Shown here: positions 27,005 through 38,900 of the stretch, piece after piece
How positions within the stretch are numbered: the stretch's first letter is position 1
Layout of the letters: every line of letters begins with the position of its first letter
NCBI RefSeq assembly: GCF_963853765.1
Contig: NC_088854.1
Coordinates: 58,466,001-58,530,000, forward strand
Direction: 5' to 3'
Origin: Magallana gigas
Taxonomy: Eukaryota
Length of the DNA stretch: 64,000 bases
Position numbers and translations under genes: made by a program
Notes under the pieces: model-generated
What the model saw: only the letters and a program-made list of their open reading frames with translations
Told to the model about the DNA's origin: nothing
Databases searched by the model: none

Positions 27005-28135
27005 CTACAAAACAAGAAGACGAGTCTTGAATATGTTCATTAACATGCATATCAACAACACAGGACACTCTTAATAATACTATCTCTCTCTTCTTTTTTT
27101 TTAAATTTTATGAAGAAAATATTATTAAAATATTTTTATTCATACATTCCTATGTGTCGGTTTCCCACAAGCAGAAAAAATGAATTACTCTGACAGAACG
27201 ATACTTCAAATCATTTAATGCCAGAGATTTCAATAATCCATCTGTCTTTTGAAGGATGTAGGTGAAATTCTATGAATATTTTATTTAGATATATCTTGTT
27301 AATCTCCGGGCGGGACGATTTTTGTATATTTAAAAAAACTTTAAAGAGCCCTTAAGCGATAGCTTCCAAACATTTTTACAATGTAGGTGGATGAATAGCA
27401 AGCGAGCTTTCCTTTTAAATAGTTCAATATACAAATGCAGCCTTTTAATGAAACATTGAAATGCTGCATTTGTACAGTACGCCCAATTTTAACACAAGCC
27501 TCTTAAAAGCGAGAACAGTAGTTAAGAAAGAACCTTTATTTTCTCTTTTGTACTAAACTAAATATTTCCGTATATCACCTCTAAAGTAAGCTTGAAAGAA
27601 CTATCGCTTTTCAGTTTACTTTCAAACATTTTCTTGATTGTGTGTTAAATTAAAATCGCTACCAGATTATGTTAATTCATCATATGACAAATTCAATGCT
27701 TCTTTCATAACACGAATTTCAAATCAGTCTGTTTCGTGAGTCAACGCAAGTGTATATTATAAATGCCAGTGTGATTCAATTTCTACATTTTATGTGTTCG
27801 GTGAAAAACTTTTATTCATAAACATCTTTATTTGAATAAATATTATTAAAATCACAATTCACAAAATTCAAAAATATGAACATACATCATGAAAAACATT
27901 TTTAAGTTTAAAAGTCTGATAATTTTTTTTTCATAACAATACTTATCTGAATAAATACATTAAAATTAAGATAAAGTTATTCATCTTTACAAATTTTTCA
28001 ATCATATTTATTGAATTAAACAGATCTACATATGAAATCAATCAGTTTATCAATCAAATCAATCCACTGATCTCCACAAGCACGTTTTTAGTTCGCCTTG
28101 CGAGGAATAGCATGAGCCACGGAAGCCATACTTAC

Positions 28136-28162
28136 GCAGTCGGAGAAACCAGAGGGAAGTAG
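28136..28162 (-). CDS. 27-nt in-frame micro-exon of innexin B (YFPLVSPTA)
   Basis: gtcccgtccttcag|C TAC TTC CCT CTG GTT TCT CCG ACT GC|gtaagt: good acceptor, consensus donor, phase 2/2, no stop. Confidence 0.6.
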
Positions 28163-28377
28163 CTGAAGGACGGGACAATATTAGACAAATTAAGACTAAT
28201 TAACAATCAAAAGTCGACAAAACCGACCCAGGTCACCTACACGTTTGTTTCACCATCTCATAACATAGTGTAAGTCACGGTTAATTTCACACTGCCGAAG
28301 CGTGGAGCTTTCAGTTAGTGGTTAGTTAACCAGTTTAGTTATTCACTCAGTTAATTGTTCACAAACAGCGTACTTAC

Positions 28378-28407
28378 GCAGTGGGATCTGTCCCGATATC
28401 GTAAAAC
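28378..28407 (-). CDS. 30-nt in-frame micro-exon of innexin B (FYDIGTDPTA)
   Basis: tttccatagacacag|G TTT TAC GAT ATC GGG ACA GAT CCC ACT GC|gtaagt: phase 2/2, no stop, same P-T-A ending as the 27-nt exon. Confidence 0.6.
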
Positions 28408-31400
28408 CTGTGTCTATGGAAACCGTCGGAAATATTTAAACTCTTTGTACACACATTGAAAGCCCTCTTTACCTTTCCTATCCCAGAATTACTGGACTGT
28501 TAACTCATAACAATAGCTAGGGGTCTGTAAATCTCATTTATTTTTATACTTTAGATACAATTTTTACTTACATATGTTGTATATTGCTCTTCTGTCGTTA
28601 AAATGAAAGTGAGTGTGTGTGCATTTTTCAACTTTGTCATGAAGCAATACTATTTCGCAATAACCCGTGAGTACTTCAAAATAGGGAAGCCCTTTAATAA
28701 AGAGATCTAATGCAGTATTTGTGGATATGGACGGCTTTTCCTGATCCAGTTCACCACAATAACTCTCTCCACACCTGACTGGGTTTATGTCCCATCTTCT
28801 ATATGTATTTGGTAATTGAGTGAACTGGTGGTATATGTCGATTTCCCATGCCCTACTTTCTGTGTTGTAAATTACCTCAACTAGATGATATGTATACAGC
28901 TAGAATACTTTATATGGTACTCCATCAAAACGATCACAAAACTGTCCGCATTTAAGAAGTTTTTTGGAAAAAGGGGGGGGGGCGCCATATCTTCAGAGTT
29001 TTAATAGTAATATTAATGCTCATATTTGACAATTTGTAAAAAAAAAAAATAATAATAATAATAATAAACAAATTATAATAGAAACTTCAGACCTATCCTT
29101 TATAGGTTTTCATGCCTGAGGCCATTATCACCATACATGTATTATATCTATGGCATACGCATACATTGGTGACATTAGAACAACGATGGTGAAATATTAT
29201 ACATGTATATCATCCTGTAGAATAGAACTATTTAGGATTAGAATACCCGGAAATAATCAGTTAGTAAACTCTTGCTTGTAAATGAAGTGCTGGAAAAAAG
29301 ACAAGCAAAAAATTAATGATTTCAGAGAATACCTACATGATTTAGAAGTCAAGTCTGGTCTGTTTTAGTCACTTCCGGCTACTGAAACACTGCGACATTT
29401 TACTAGTTCTCACAATTATCGAGTATACGTCGAGAAAGAGTCCCAGGATTCACACCTTACAGATCGAGATGCGACAAAATCTAAGAGAGGTAAACAACTC
29501 CGATCACACACCCATCGCCGGTCACGCTTGGATTGAAGGACTGTATTTGTAGGTACAGGGACAGAACGGGGTTCCGTTCAGATTTAAAAGTCTTGAGGAC
29601 AGATCCCCCCTCTCTAAACCTGGCACTTTTTATCTCTCGACGTCACGACTTCTCGAGCCCGCTCTTCTGAGGACATGGGTGTGTAAAGTGATAGTTCAGG
29701 TTACCGGTAAGCTGAATTATCAAAAAAATTTGCGGGGGTGAATCATACATACATGTATTACATCAGAGATTTATAAACCACAACGAGATGGTCCCGATTC
29801 TGTTGACTTTCATTTACACCTGGTATTTAAAAAATGATATAAAATTATTTTGACGATTTTTTTTTATTTTATGGGTTGGTTGAAGAAAACCTGATCTGCT
29901 ACCCTGCCCCACTGTTGTCGTTAAACCTTTCATTCTGTCCCCGGGTGACCTCAGCACACTGGATAGATGTGGTCTAACGTATGATATACTAGAAAATTCA
30001 GGAAACAGTCAGACCTTTTGTCTTCTAAAAAGTTTAGATCATGCATTGAGAATCTAAACCCTACTTGACAATAATTGTGATTAACAAAGTTTGATTCTTA
30101 CTTATTTCATTTTTTTTTTGTGAGGGACACTTTACAAACTTGTCCTAAAACTGGGCAGGAAACCAGAGCAAATTAAATTACTAGTGTTTCTATATTGAAT
30201 ATTAACCATTTTAATAAATACGTATGTCTCAAGAGTTTTCTAATGTTTTTCCTCTCTCTCATTAATTTTCTGAATCATTATTTTCATTCGAATTGATAGC
30301 TTGGATACAGCTGTCGCACCGATATTGTGATGTTGCATATACCCCTAATCCTACAAAACCCTTTTTTGTTTCGTTGGGTTGTTTACAAACATTGAAATTC
30401 TAAGCCGGGTGTAAGGTGAATGTCCAGAAAAAGAGTAAAAGTTGGAAAACTTGATATCCTCCGATCACGATATTCATGAATCTTAATAAATAGAGCTATT
30501 ATAAATAAGGTCTGCATTACAATGGATGTTGTTTCATCCAGGTCGCTGACAGACCGGTCAATACCCGCATAGGTTCCGTTTTGACAGTCTTGTTTTAATT
30601 TTTCACAATTCGTTATTATGTTAATCAAAGAGTAATTTTACAATCAGTGTCACAAAAATGATTCACCCTTAGAACGTGGGACAAGTTTATCGCCAAAGTC
30701 CTTATCAGGGATTATTGGATCGAGTTTGATGAATTCCTACATGGCTATACATGCTGACATAACTAGTGTGACCAAAATCTTGTCTATATTTGCTGTTATC
30801 ACCCGACCATGGTAACATTATTTAGACAGCGGAGAACCTCAAACATCGTTTGTCTAGTTTTTGAGGAAAGACATGTAATTGGGGATTATCTGGACTTTTA
30901 TGAACTAGTTTAACTTTTATTGTAGGGTATAGCATGACCCTCGACTGAGAGGGGTCAGTTGCGTAAGAGATAGGGCACGCAATCAGCATCGTTTTATGTC
31001 TTTAAGAGTAGGTTTATCCAATATCAATACCATGCCATACAAGTTGAAATTGACCGCAAATAACAGAGAAAGAGACCAGAGACAAAGAACCTCAAAGCCA
31101 GGAGAAGTTATAAAGTCGGTATCCATGGCAGCCTAGATAAGTGTAGATGTACTAGTAACAAAGGAACTTTTGGGAATTTTTGGCCTTGCATGACAATTTG
31201 TACTGATGTCATCATCTATTAAATATATGCCTAAGTGATCTGTCATCGGACCTGCATTATCCTGCTGTAATTGGGCACTTCTTCCACACATGCAGTTATT
31301 ATGTAAGGTGTTTTTAATTTGTACAGGGTGCAAAGGTTTACATGCAGGTCCCAGGGCTATTGGTTTTTTGCAGACATTTTGTCCCTTACAAAGAAAACAC

Positions 31401-33412
31401 GGCACATATCGCTGTACAATTGAAACCTGAGGATTTAATGCCAATTTAAATTGATCGATTGCTCTTTTTAAATTTTCACGGTTGTAAAATTGAGATGCTG
31501 AGAACCTTTTGTTTGTTTTGATATATTTGGGTCAAGGATTCAAATACAACTAGCGTCTTTTCACGATCGCTTTGGATGGAGGAGAGTTTGCACATTCTTG
31601 GTATTTGGGGCAGGGGGACAAGAGACAAAAGCTGAGATGCAGAGGAAATGCATTAACGCAAATATTGGAATTCCTTCTGCGTGGGTCATGATCTGTAATA
31701 CCAATCATCATTAGATTTGCTGATAGCGTTTTTGTTAGATAATGTAATTCTAGCGGTACAGCAAGGAACCGTTTTATCCGCCTTTGTTTTTACGTTATGA
31801 TGTTAGATCCCCTGATGTTGTTACGTGATATGACTCTATCTCGCCTTTTGGTAATTTCTTTATCATTTATCTGGTTGTCAGATCTATTAATTAACATCAC
31901 GATACTGCGAATCGTATTATGATTTAACATTTAATTAAATTATACATCGCTGACACATGGTGCTAAACTTAGAAGATTAACACACAGTGTTTTTAGATAA
32001 GGCTTTATCATTGTTCTTATCAATAATACTGTGATGAATATTAAAGATATCTAAAACGCTTCAAAAGTCAAAGAAAAATAGTCATGCCTTAGACACCAAT
32101 ACACAGACCTTTTACCCGTTTTAAACAATTTACATCTACACAGTCTAACGAATTCTCCCCAACTAATGACTACATTCTAAAAATCACACAATAAATATAA
32201 GTTGACTCCATCTTTGAGAATGTATTTTAGACACAAAATAACTGACAACTAACTTACATATTTAGTTCCCTCTCTTTCCGCTGTCGAGATCAGGTCTATA
32301 GTCCAAATGGGGGTTTAGTTGACCATCTACTAGTGTTTACTCAGAACTCTGACCTGGGTAGGCGGTTTGTTTAATTTCAGTGGAACTCGCCTTATCTTGC
32401 GGCAAGATGGACGCGCTCTCGTCAGCTAGGTTAAAATCAAGTTCTTATCTGCATTCCGACACCGACGGAAAAAGACTTGCTTGACTAGGACATCACAGAT
32501 TTGTGCCAATTAATAAAATCGGCCAATTTATGTTAACGACAAAATATTATGGGGAATTTCAAACAGAATATTAAGTGTATATCTATAGGACCTTAATTAC
32601 ATAGCAGTCGGTAATAATATTTTCAGTCATGCTTTGACGCATTCAGACACAAATTTGTGCAGTCTCACTGCTTTCACATATTATATATACAAAAGATGAC
32701 TCTGATAAAGCAGGATTTAGAATAGAAATTACATGCAATGTGCAAGATAAAAATATGAAAGACAGTCCTTGGACAGATACATGTTTCCAGTGATTTACCC
32801 ATACAAACTGAATTTGAAATACATGTACTATAAACATTTTACAATAACATCTTCCGGTCACTACTCGTTATAACAGTATCAGGTATTTTCCAAAACATGT
32901 ATACCATTTCATAAACTTATCAATATTTTGTCATTTCATAGTTGATGACAAACAATACTGGGCGATTATTTGAACACACCTGCAGTGATCTGGGCCAAAG
33001 GTTCACGTGCAGTTTAACTTATCTATGTTTTCACCTGGACAATGTATGATGTACAGTTATCACATAGAGATAAAACATTTACGGGAAAGTGCTCAAGTGT
33101 GCAAAAGTACACAGTTTTAATCAGAACCCGTCTATATATTTCAGGCAATTTCAGGGTACTCAACATTAAGGTCACGTGTGACAGTTACTAAATATAACTA
33201 AACAATAGCAAAATAAATAGAATAGATTTGTCAGACAACAGGAAATACAATCAAACTACATGTATTCCCAGCCTCCTTCTTTACGCAGTAGGTCAGTGTG
33301 TCACGTTCCTACTTTAACAGGAAGTGGCGTGTTGCCGTTTCTAAGGATTCTGATGACAACTACGAGGGTTTACCTTCTTTCAAATTGTAAAATTCACTGA
33401 AATTTCGCTTAC

Positions 33413-33468
33413 ATTTTTTTTCTTAAACTCATATTTGTTTTATATCGTGTACGTGTTGAGGGCACCAT
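33413..33468 (-). CDS. Candidate start exon of innexin B (MVPSTRTRYKTNMSLRKK + split AT|G)
   Basis: Ends aaaaaaAT|gtaagc (phase 2). AT plus the G opening the main exon or the 30-nt exon creates ATG. Two further in-frame ATGs at 33468 and 33432. Confidence 0.45.
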
Positions 33469-35059
33469 GTCCGCACGGTCATCACCTTCACCTAGTTTCA
33501 GTGCCGGAATCAACCGTCAAAACGTCAGTCTCAAAAATACTGGTCTAGCAATGTCGCAGATTTACACAGAATTTACCAAAAAAAACTTAAATCGTCAAAC
33601 TTTGTCTATTTAAGATGAACCATTATATAAAAGTAAATCAAATTCATTAAACCTACCCTTCTCCCATTCTGGAAGGATGGTGTTTCCTTCAAATAATGTC
33701 TATTTCCAAGTAGAAGCAAGCCAGTACTAAACAATGAATAATTATCTTTCGGAGATTAGATAAGTACTGCGGCCTGTGGTTTTTTTTCTTGGACTCCCTA
33801 TTGCAGTAGATCCACGACTGTCCCTGGCGATTGTTCTGCGTGTGCCGCCGTCCTGACAAATGTTAAACGGAGCGTCTAATTAATGAGAAATGTACACTCA
33901 TAATGAGTACTACACACAGGTATTTCTGTTAAAGCCCCGAGTGCAATTTGGGATGTTACGCCGCAATAAAAATAAAAACAGCCGTGTATCTACACTGCCG
34001 GAAGAAAGTCCACCATATCAGTTTATGAATTTAGAATTTTTATCTCCCTATATACAAGATTTTACGAAACACAGAAATATGTACTTAATTTGTTGTGTAA
34101 TAAAACAAATAAATGTAGTAAGGCCAATAAAACACTAGCGTCTTGTGACGTAGTAGTGACGTATTAGTCCCTTAACTGACAACAAATCTACGTTTCAGTT
34201 TCCATCACTTTTATTTATTTTTAACTCGCATTGCTGAACAATATATATAAACATTTATTACAAAAATATGCATAGATATTCTTTTAAAAAGGAATGCTTT
34301 TTTTTACAATCAACAAATACAAACTGATAGATGAATAATGCCATGGATACGCATAGCTTCAGAATACACAAAGATCTATGAAGCTTGGTCGTTGTCTACA
34401 GACAATGCACATGGAAGAAAACATTGCTTCAATGCAAAATACTGAGATCACATTCCTTCTACAAGAATAGGGATGAACAAAATTATGTCTGTTTATACCG
34501 CACGGAAAAAAACCATTTCTCTACCAGAAAAAGCGAAAACTAAAACTATTTTAAATCTTTGTTCAAAGCGTAATATCTACAAGGCAGCTAAGAATATAGG
34601 GACCGCTAAATGTTTTGTTTTGTATAGTACATGGGAAGACATGGGATTTGTTGTCAAACCTAACTGACAGTACAGGCTTAAACATCAAAATAAACACACA
34701 TTTTCAGTTTCTCACAACCACAGGTTCACATCTTGTTTATCTATAATCAATACATTGTTGGTATCGCTAATTAAATCGTACCATAATCTGATCACTGTTT
34801 GTGAGAAGAGACTAGAATTATAATGCCTAACGTGATTTAAATGTCATGAAATTTAATATTACAATAATTAAAAGGAACACAAAATATGACAACTACTCAA
34901 AGGATCATAGTTAAGCACCTGGTCGTCGGGTGACATCAAAGACTGGCCGGCATAGCGTCTAGTCTGGAAGACCTATAAATACAGCTGACGAAACCCCATA
35001 AGGCAATCATGGAGGCATCACATAAATGCTTGGAAAGTTCGATTCACTCTCCCGACGGA

Positions 35060-36289
35060 TCACGTGAGAGGCTCTTTGGCCTCGTCGAGCATGGTATCCA
35101 TTTCGGGTTCTAGTTCTCGGTTCTTCTTTGTGTTTTGCTTGTCTTTGAAGATTGCCCACAAGTGTTTGACAAGGTCTGTAACGACCATATCTGTGGAGTT
35201 CCTGGCAATGATTCTCAGCAGGAAGATGCCATCATCCCTCAGGTAGCTCTCGGCGAACTTGGCGGCCAGCTTCTTGTCGAAATTGGTGTGTAGTTCGTCG
35301 TTGATTTTGAGATACTTCTTGGCGTAGTCCACCTTGTTTTTGGTGAACATGATAAGGTACGTCCAATATACCAGGTTGAAGCTAGCAATACAGGCAATGA
35401 AGACCAACCAAAACCAAATGAAGATGAAGATTTTCTCGTTGAACAGGTTGATGGGTAGTACGCACTGGACCGTGAAGCGCTGCAGGTTCTGGAGCTGACG
35501 GATGCGGATGTCACAAAGCGTGACGCGCGGGAACCTGGGACTCTCTCGCCAGGGGCCGTTTTGTGCCATGTTCTCCATGAATTCAAATCCATAAAAGTTG
35601 TAGGACGTGGACAGGAATGCGTTCAGCAGGAACAGCTGCCCGATGGCGTTCGCTACGTATAGGACTTTGACGGTAAGGTACATGGCCGTAAGGTATCGCC
35701 CGGCTCGCTTGTTGCAGAAGAAGCAGAGGAATCGGGAGGCCTGGTGCTTGGTGCGGACAAACACGTTCCATTTGTACTCTTTGTTTGTGTCCAGCCATTT
35801 GTCCATGAATCTCGCGAGAGCATAGAGAGACTTGTCTCTGTCTTCTGGGGAGTCGTACTGGGCCTTCTCCGCGAAGTAAACGCATTTGTCCATGTTCAAG
35901 CCGGACCCTCCGTTGAAGATTCTCCAAACCATGTTGGGTAACTTAAACAGGAAGGCCATGAAGAGTAAAATAATAGGCACCCATTGATAATACGTCAGTT
36001 CGGCGGATTGGCGCTGGTCGATGTTGAGGGGAATTTCCTCAGTCATCGGGACGTAGTACGTATTCTTGACCCAGCAGTTCCATTTCGTATACGACTCCAT
36101 GTGGTCCTTGAATTCCGCGGGATTCCAGCAGACGATCGGGTCCTTGAAGAACTGGCCCGAGCTGATGGCCACCGTGAAGATGATCAGGAGGACCACCGTG
36201 ACCACGTGACTCATCCGGTCCAGTCCATCGTCATTCGGCTTCCCGCGAAGCTTCCGAAAGTTTGGGACATGTCCCAGTAGTTCAGACAT
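35060..36289 (-). CDS. Innexin C, complete CDS in one exon (409 aa from ATG 36289)
   Basis: Innexin motifs CWNPAEF...CW, YYQWVP, FPRVTLCDI...CVLPINLFNEK. Acceptor catcttgcag|G ATG at 36290, the same position as in innexins A and B. Confidence 0.97.
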   Translation of the reverse strand: MSELLGHVPNFRKLRGKPNDDGLDRMSHVVTVVLLIIFTVAISSGQFFKDPIVCWNPAEFKDHMESYTKWNCWVKNTYYVPMTEEIPLNIDQRQSAELTYYQWVPIILLFMAFLFKLPNMVWRIFNGGSGLNMDKCVYFAEKAQYDSPEDRDKSLYALARFMDKWLDTNKEYKWNVFVRTKHQASRFLCFFCNKRAGRYLTAMYLTVKVLYVANAIGQLFLLNAFLSTSYNFYGFEFMENMAQNGPWRESPRFPRVTLCDIRIRQLQNLQRFTVQCVLPINLFNEKIFIFIWFWLVFIACIASFNLVYWTYLIMFTKNKVDYAKKYLKINDELHTNFDKKLAAKFAESYLRDDGIFLLRIIARNSTDMVVTDLVKHLWAIFKDKQNTKKNRELEPEMDTMLDEAKEPLT

Positions 36290-36479
36290 CCTGCAAGATG
36301 GAAACACAGAGGCGTCATTCATACATTCTCAACAGAAACATACATATCATAGTTTGAGGAAGATAGCTAATGTTTAATACAACCAGCTTATATAATACAG
36401 GTGAAAAGCTGTCAATGTGAACTGTATTCAAAATCCATGTCAATCCTGAATTGATAAACACTACCTACCGTATCCAGTG

Positions 36480-36680
36480 AAATGGAGTACCCTTTATGCA
36501 ATAATTTGCTAAAAAATGACTAAGTTTAAAAGCTAATATTTTTTCATAAATTATCAGAAATCAAAATCCTAGCAATATGCACACCTCTGATATATGTACA
36601 ATTGATCTGCAAAAGAACAATTTCCTATCTTGAAAACTGTAGGAGGAGTTTTCCGTACAATGAGGGTACCCTTTCGCCAT
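36480..36680 (+). mobile_element. Helentron-type repeat fragment
   Basis: Segment (aaaatcctagcaatatgcacacctctgatatatgtacaattgatctgc...tgtaggaggagtt) resembles oyster Helentron internal repeats from memory; no termini seen. Confidence 0.3.
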
Positions 36681-38773
36681 TTTTACCATTTTAATAACCG
36701 GATTTTTCCGTTGGAAAACCCGGTTAAAAATGTGTAACATGTAGATCTACTCTTAAAAATATATTTATATTTACAAAGTCCGTCTTTTATCAAATGTTTT
36801 CATTTCAGAATTTTAAAAACATAACAATGATTTTCAATTTTTTTATGGTATAACCACATCGTGCATACATAATATCTAGACGCTGTTTTTTTTCAATTAC
36901 TAGAATAAATTTCATTTTCATTGTCATTACTTGGGCCACGTTTATAATATCATTAATTTTGTTTAGAATATAAAACTGCGATAGGGTGAAGTCGGCGTCT
37001 TCAAGAAACTATCTATTATCCATCAAAGATATGTCTTTGTTAGGATAAAGCGTCGTTAATAAAATGGCTTCTACTGGTATAAAGTGTCTTGGCTTTCAAT
37101 GAGTTATAAAAATATTTTGATTATCATTAGATTCCATGTTTAAACTTATTGCTTGGTTTAAGCCAACATTTATCGCTGCTAAAGATATGTACCGAGTCTG
37201 TGTTTTAATTGTTTCTTTGTGCAGGTGTGTGGTTTCTCTCAAAAACAAAACGCTGAGATATTTTTTTCGCTTGCTATGCAGGTTTGTTTCTGTAGTATAG
37301 AGGTCTCTTTAGCCCCAGGCTAGTCCCATCTACATAGACTTATCTCATAGCGTGCGTGAAAGTAGAGAGGATCCCCACGGGGTAAAGGTTCGCGTCAAAT
37401 TAAAATGTCACTGGCTTTCTGATGACTCCTATACATGAGGGATTAGCACAAAGACAACAGCGGACTTTGACATTACACAGTGCACATGCCTGATTTTTAT
37501 ACATCGTTTATTCATACTAATCACATGATCGAGCTGTCAAACTTCATAAAACTGTCAACGCTTATAATTTCTTACAACTCTCTCTATTAAATATAAATTT
37601 TAAAGATTTATAATTTCTACTTTCTTTTTAATTTGGTTCATTGAAACCATTGCCATAGCCTGGATGACAATATAACATAGGACTTGGAGTGATTTTGGGA
37701 AAAGGTGAATATCATACAAATTTTAAATGACAACCGTTCCATTGGTTTAGACTTATTCAAATAGGTATAGAAATTCTATTTTGAAACATGGAATGATCGT
37801 ACAATTTAAGGTCTCTCAAATAAAAGGTTTCACCCCAGCATAGCTTAACGGCATTTAATGTAAAGAGAAAAGCATAAATGAATAGAGGCATTTGTGAAAG
37901 CATTTTAATTAAATGTCAAAGAAATTCCCAGGCCACTGGTATAATATTATTACTGCGTAATCTGTGATAATCAACGCAGTGAAATCTGAGTCCAGGGGAC
38001 TTGATGTTATTTACAAAATAATGTCGGATAAATATTTTCCAAACAATCTGATATTTTGACGGGAATTTTAAACACAGAATGGGTACGATCGCTTAGTGGT
38101 CAAGGGGAAGACAACTGCGGATTGACATAGAAATCCAGTCTATGGCAAACGCGTGTCTTTGGTCAAACATTCAGTACTTGATTGATTTACTAATTTACTA
38201 AAATAATACATGTATATTTAGTTTCACTCTGATCATGTCCTTTAATAATATCAAATGAACATTCAATGTTGTGATCAACAAATAAGGCCCAAAAAATTAA
38301 ATTGGAAGAAAGAGTATGCAATCTAAGGACATCCAGGGGCTATTAATTAGCGACACAGTATTTGTGTAATTTGACCTTTTTCGTATGAAATTCCAGACGT
38401 TTGTACACACATTATCGTACAGAGTCGGACATCCCGGTGTCGAGGTTTAACAAATGATCACATGTAGCCATCATTACCCCGACAATCGAGATACCATGCA
38501 ACAAATGGAGATATATCTAAAGATAGAGCAACAGATGAAGACAACTGTATATGAAGATTAACATGGCTAAATGTAGGTATGTTTAATACTCAGGGCAGAA
38601 ACTTGTCTACACAGTTCACACTGTGTGTTGTAATCAGAACTTTTGACATGTACACAAAACGAAGACATTTGTTTATTATCGCAATACGCACGTCAGTGAC
38701 AATTCTCAGGGTAGAAAATAGGTCTACAAGTGACAAACATAAAGAAGACAACAAAAGTAAAATCAAAACTTAC

Positions 38774-38900
38774 GTAGAGTGGCTTCAAAACTCTTCTGTA
38801 CTATAAATATTCCCTCTAGCCGAAAGTGTGTTCCGAAGTAAAACCCTGTCTCAGTGTCGCTGAGCCTTCCTCGTCACGGTTCACCGCCTTGCTATAGAGG
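38774..38900 (-). other. Candidate non-coding 5' exon of innexin C
   Basis: Consensus donor ccactctac|gtaagt at 38773. The frame leading into the main exon contains TGA, so it would be UTR. The 5' boundary is unknown. Confidence 0.35.

Noticed and set aside
27005-27015. ORF-track N-termini MFCR (27015), MNDASVFPSCR (36322) and MLIYSTVICILA (50647)
   Set aside because: They read through polypyrimidine tracts and AG acceptors, so they are intronic extensions rather than true starts.
33285-33308. Third segment ending ACTGC|gtaa, resembling the P-T-A micro-exons
   Set aside because: In-frame TGA in the phase-2 frame and also in the frame that would read TDPTA; the donor (gtaaag) is weaker. At most a UTR exon.
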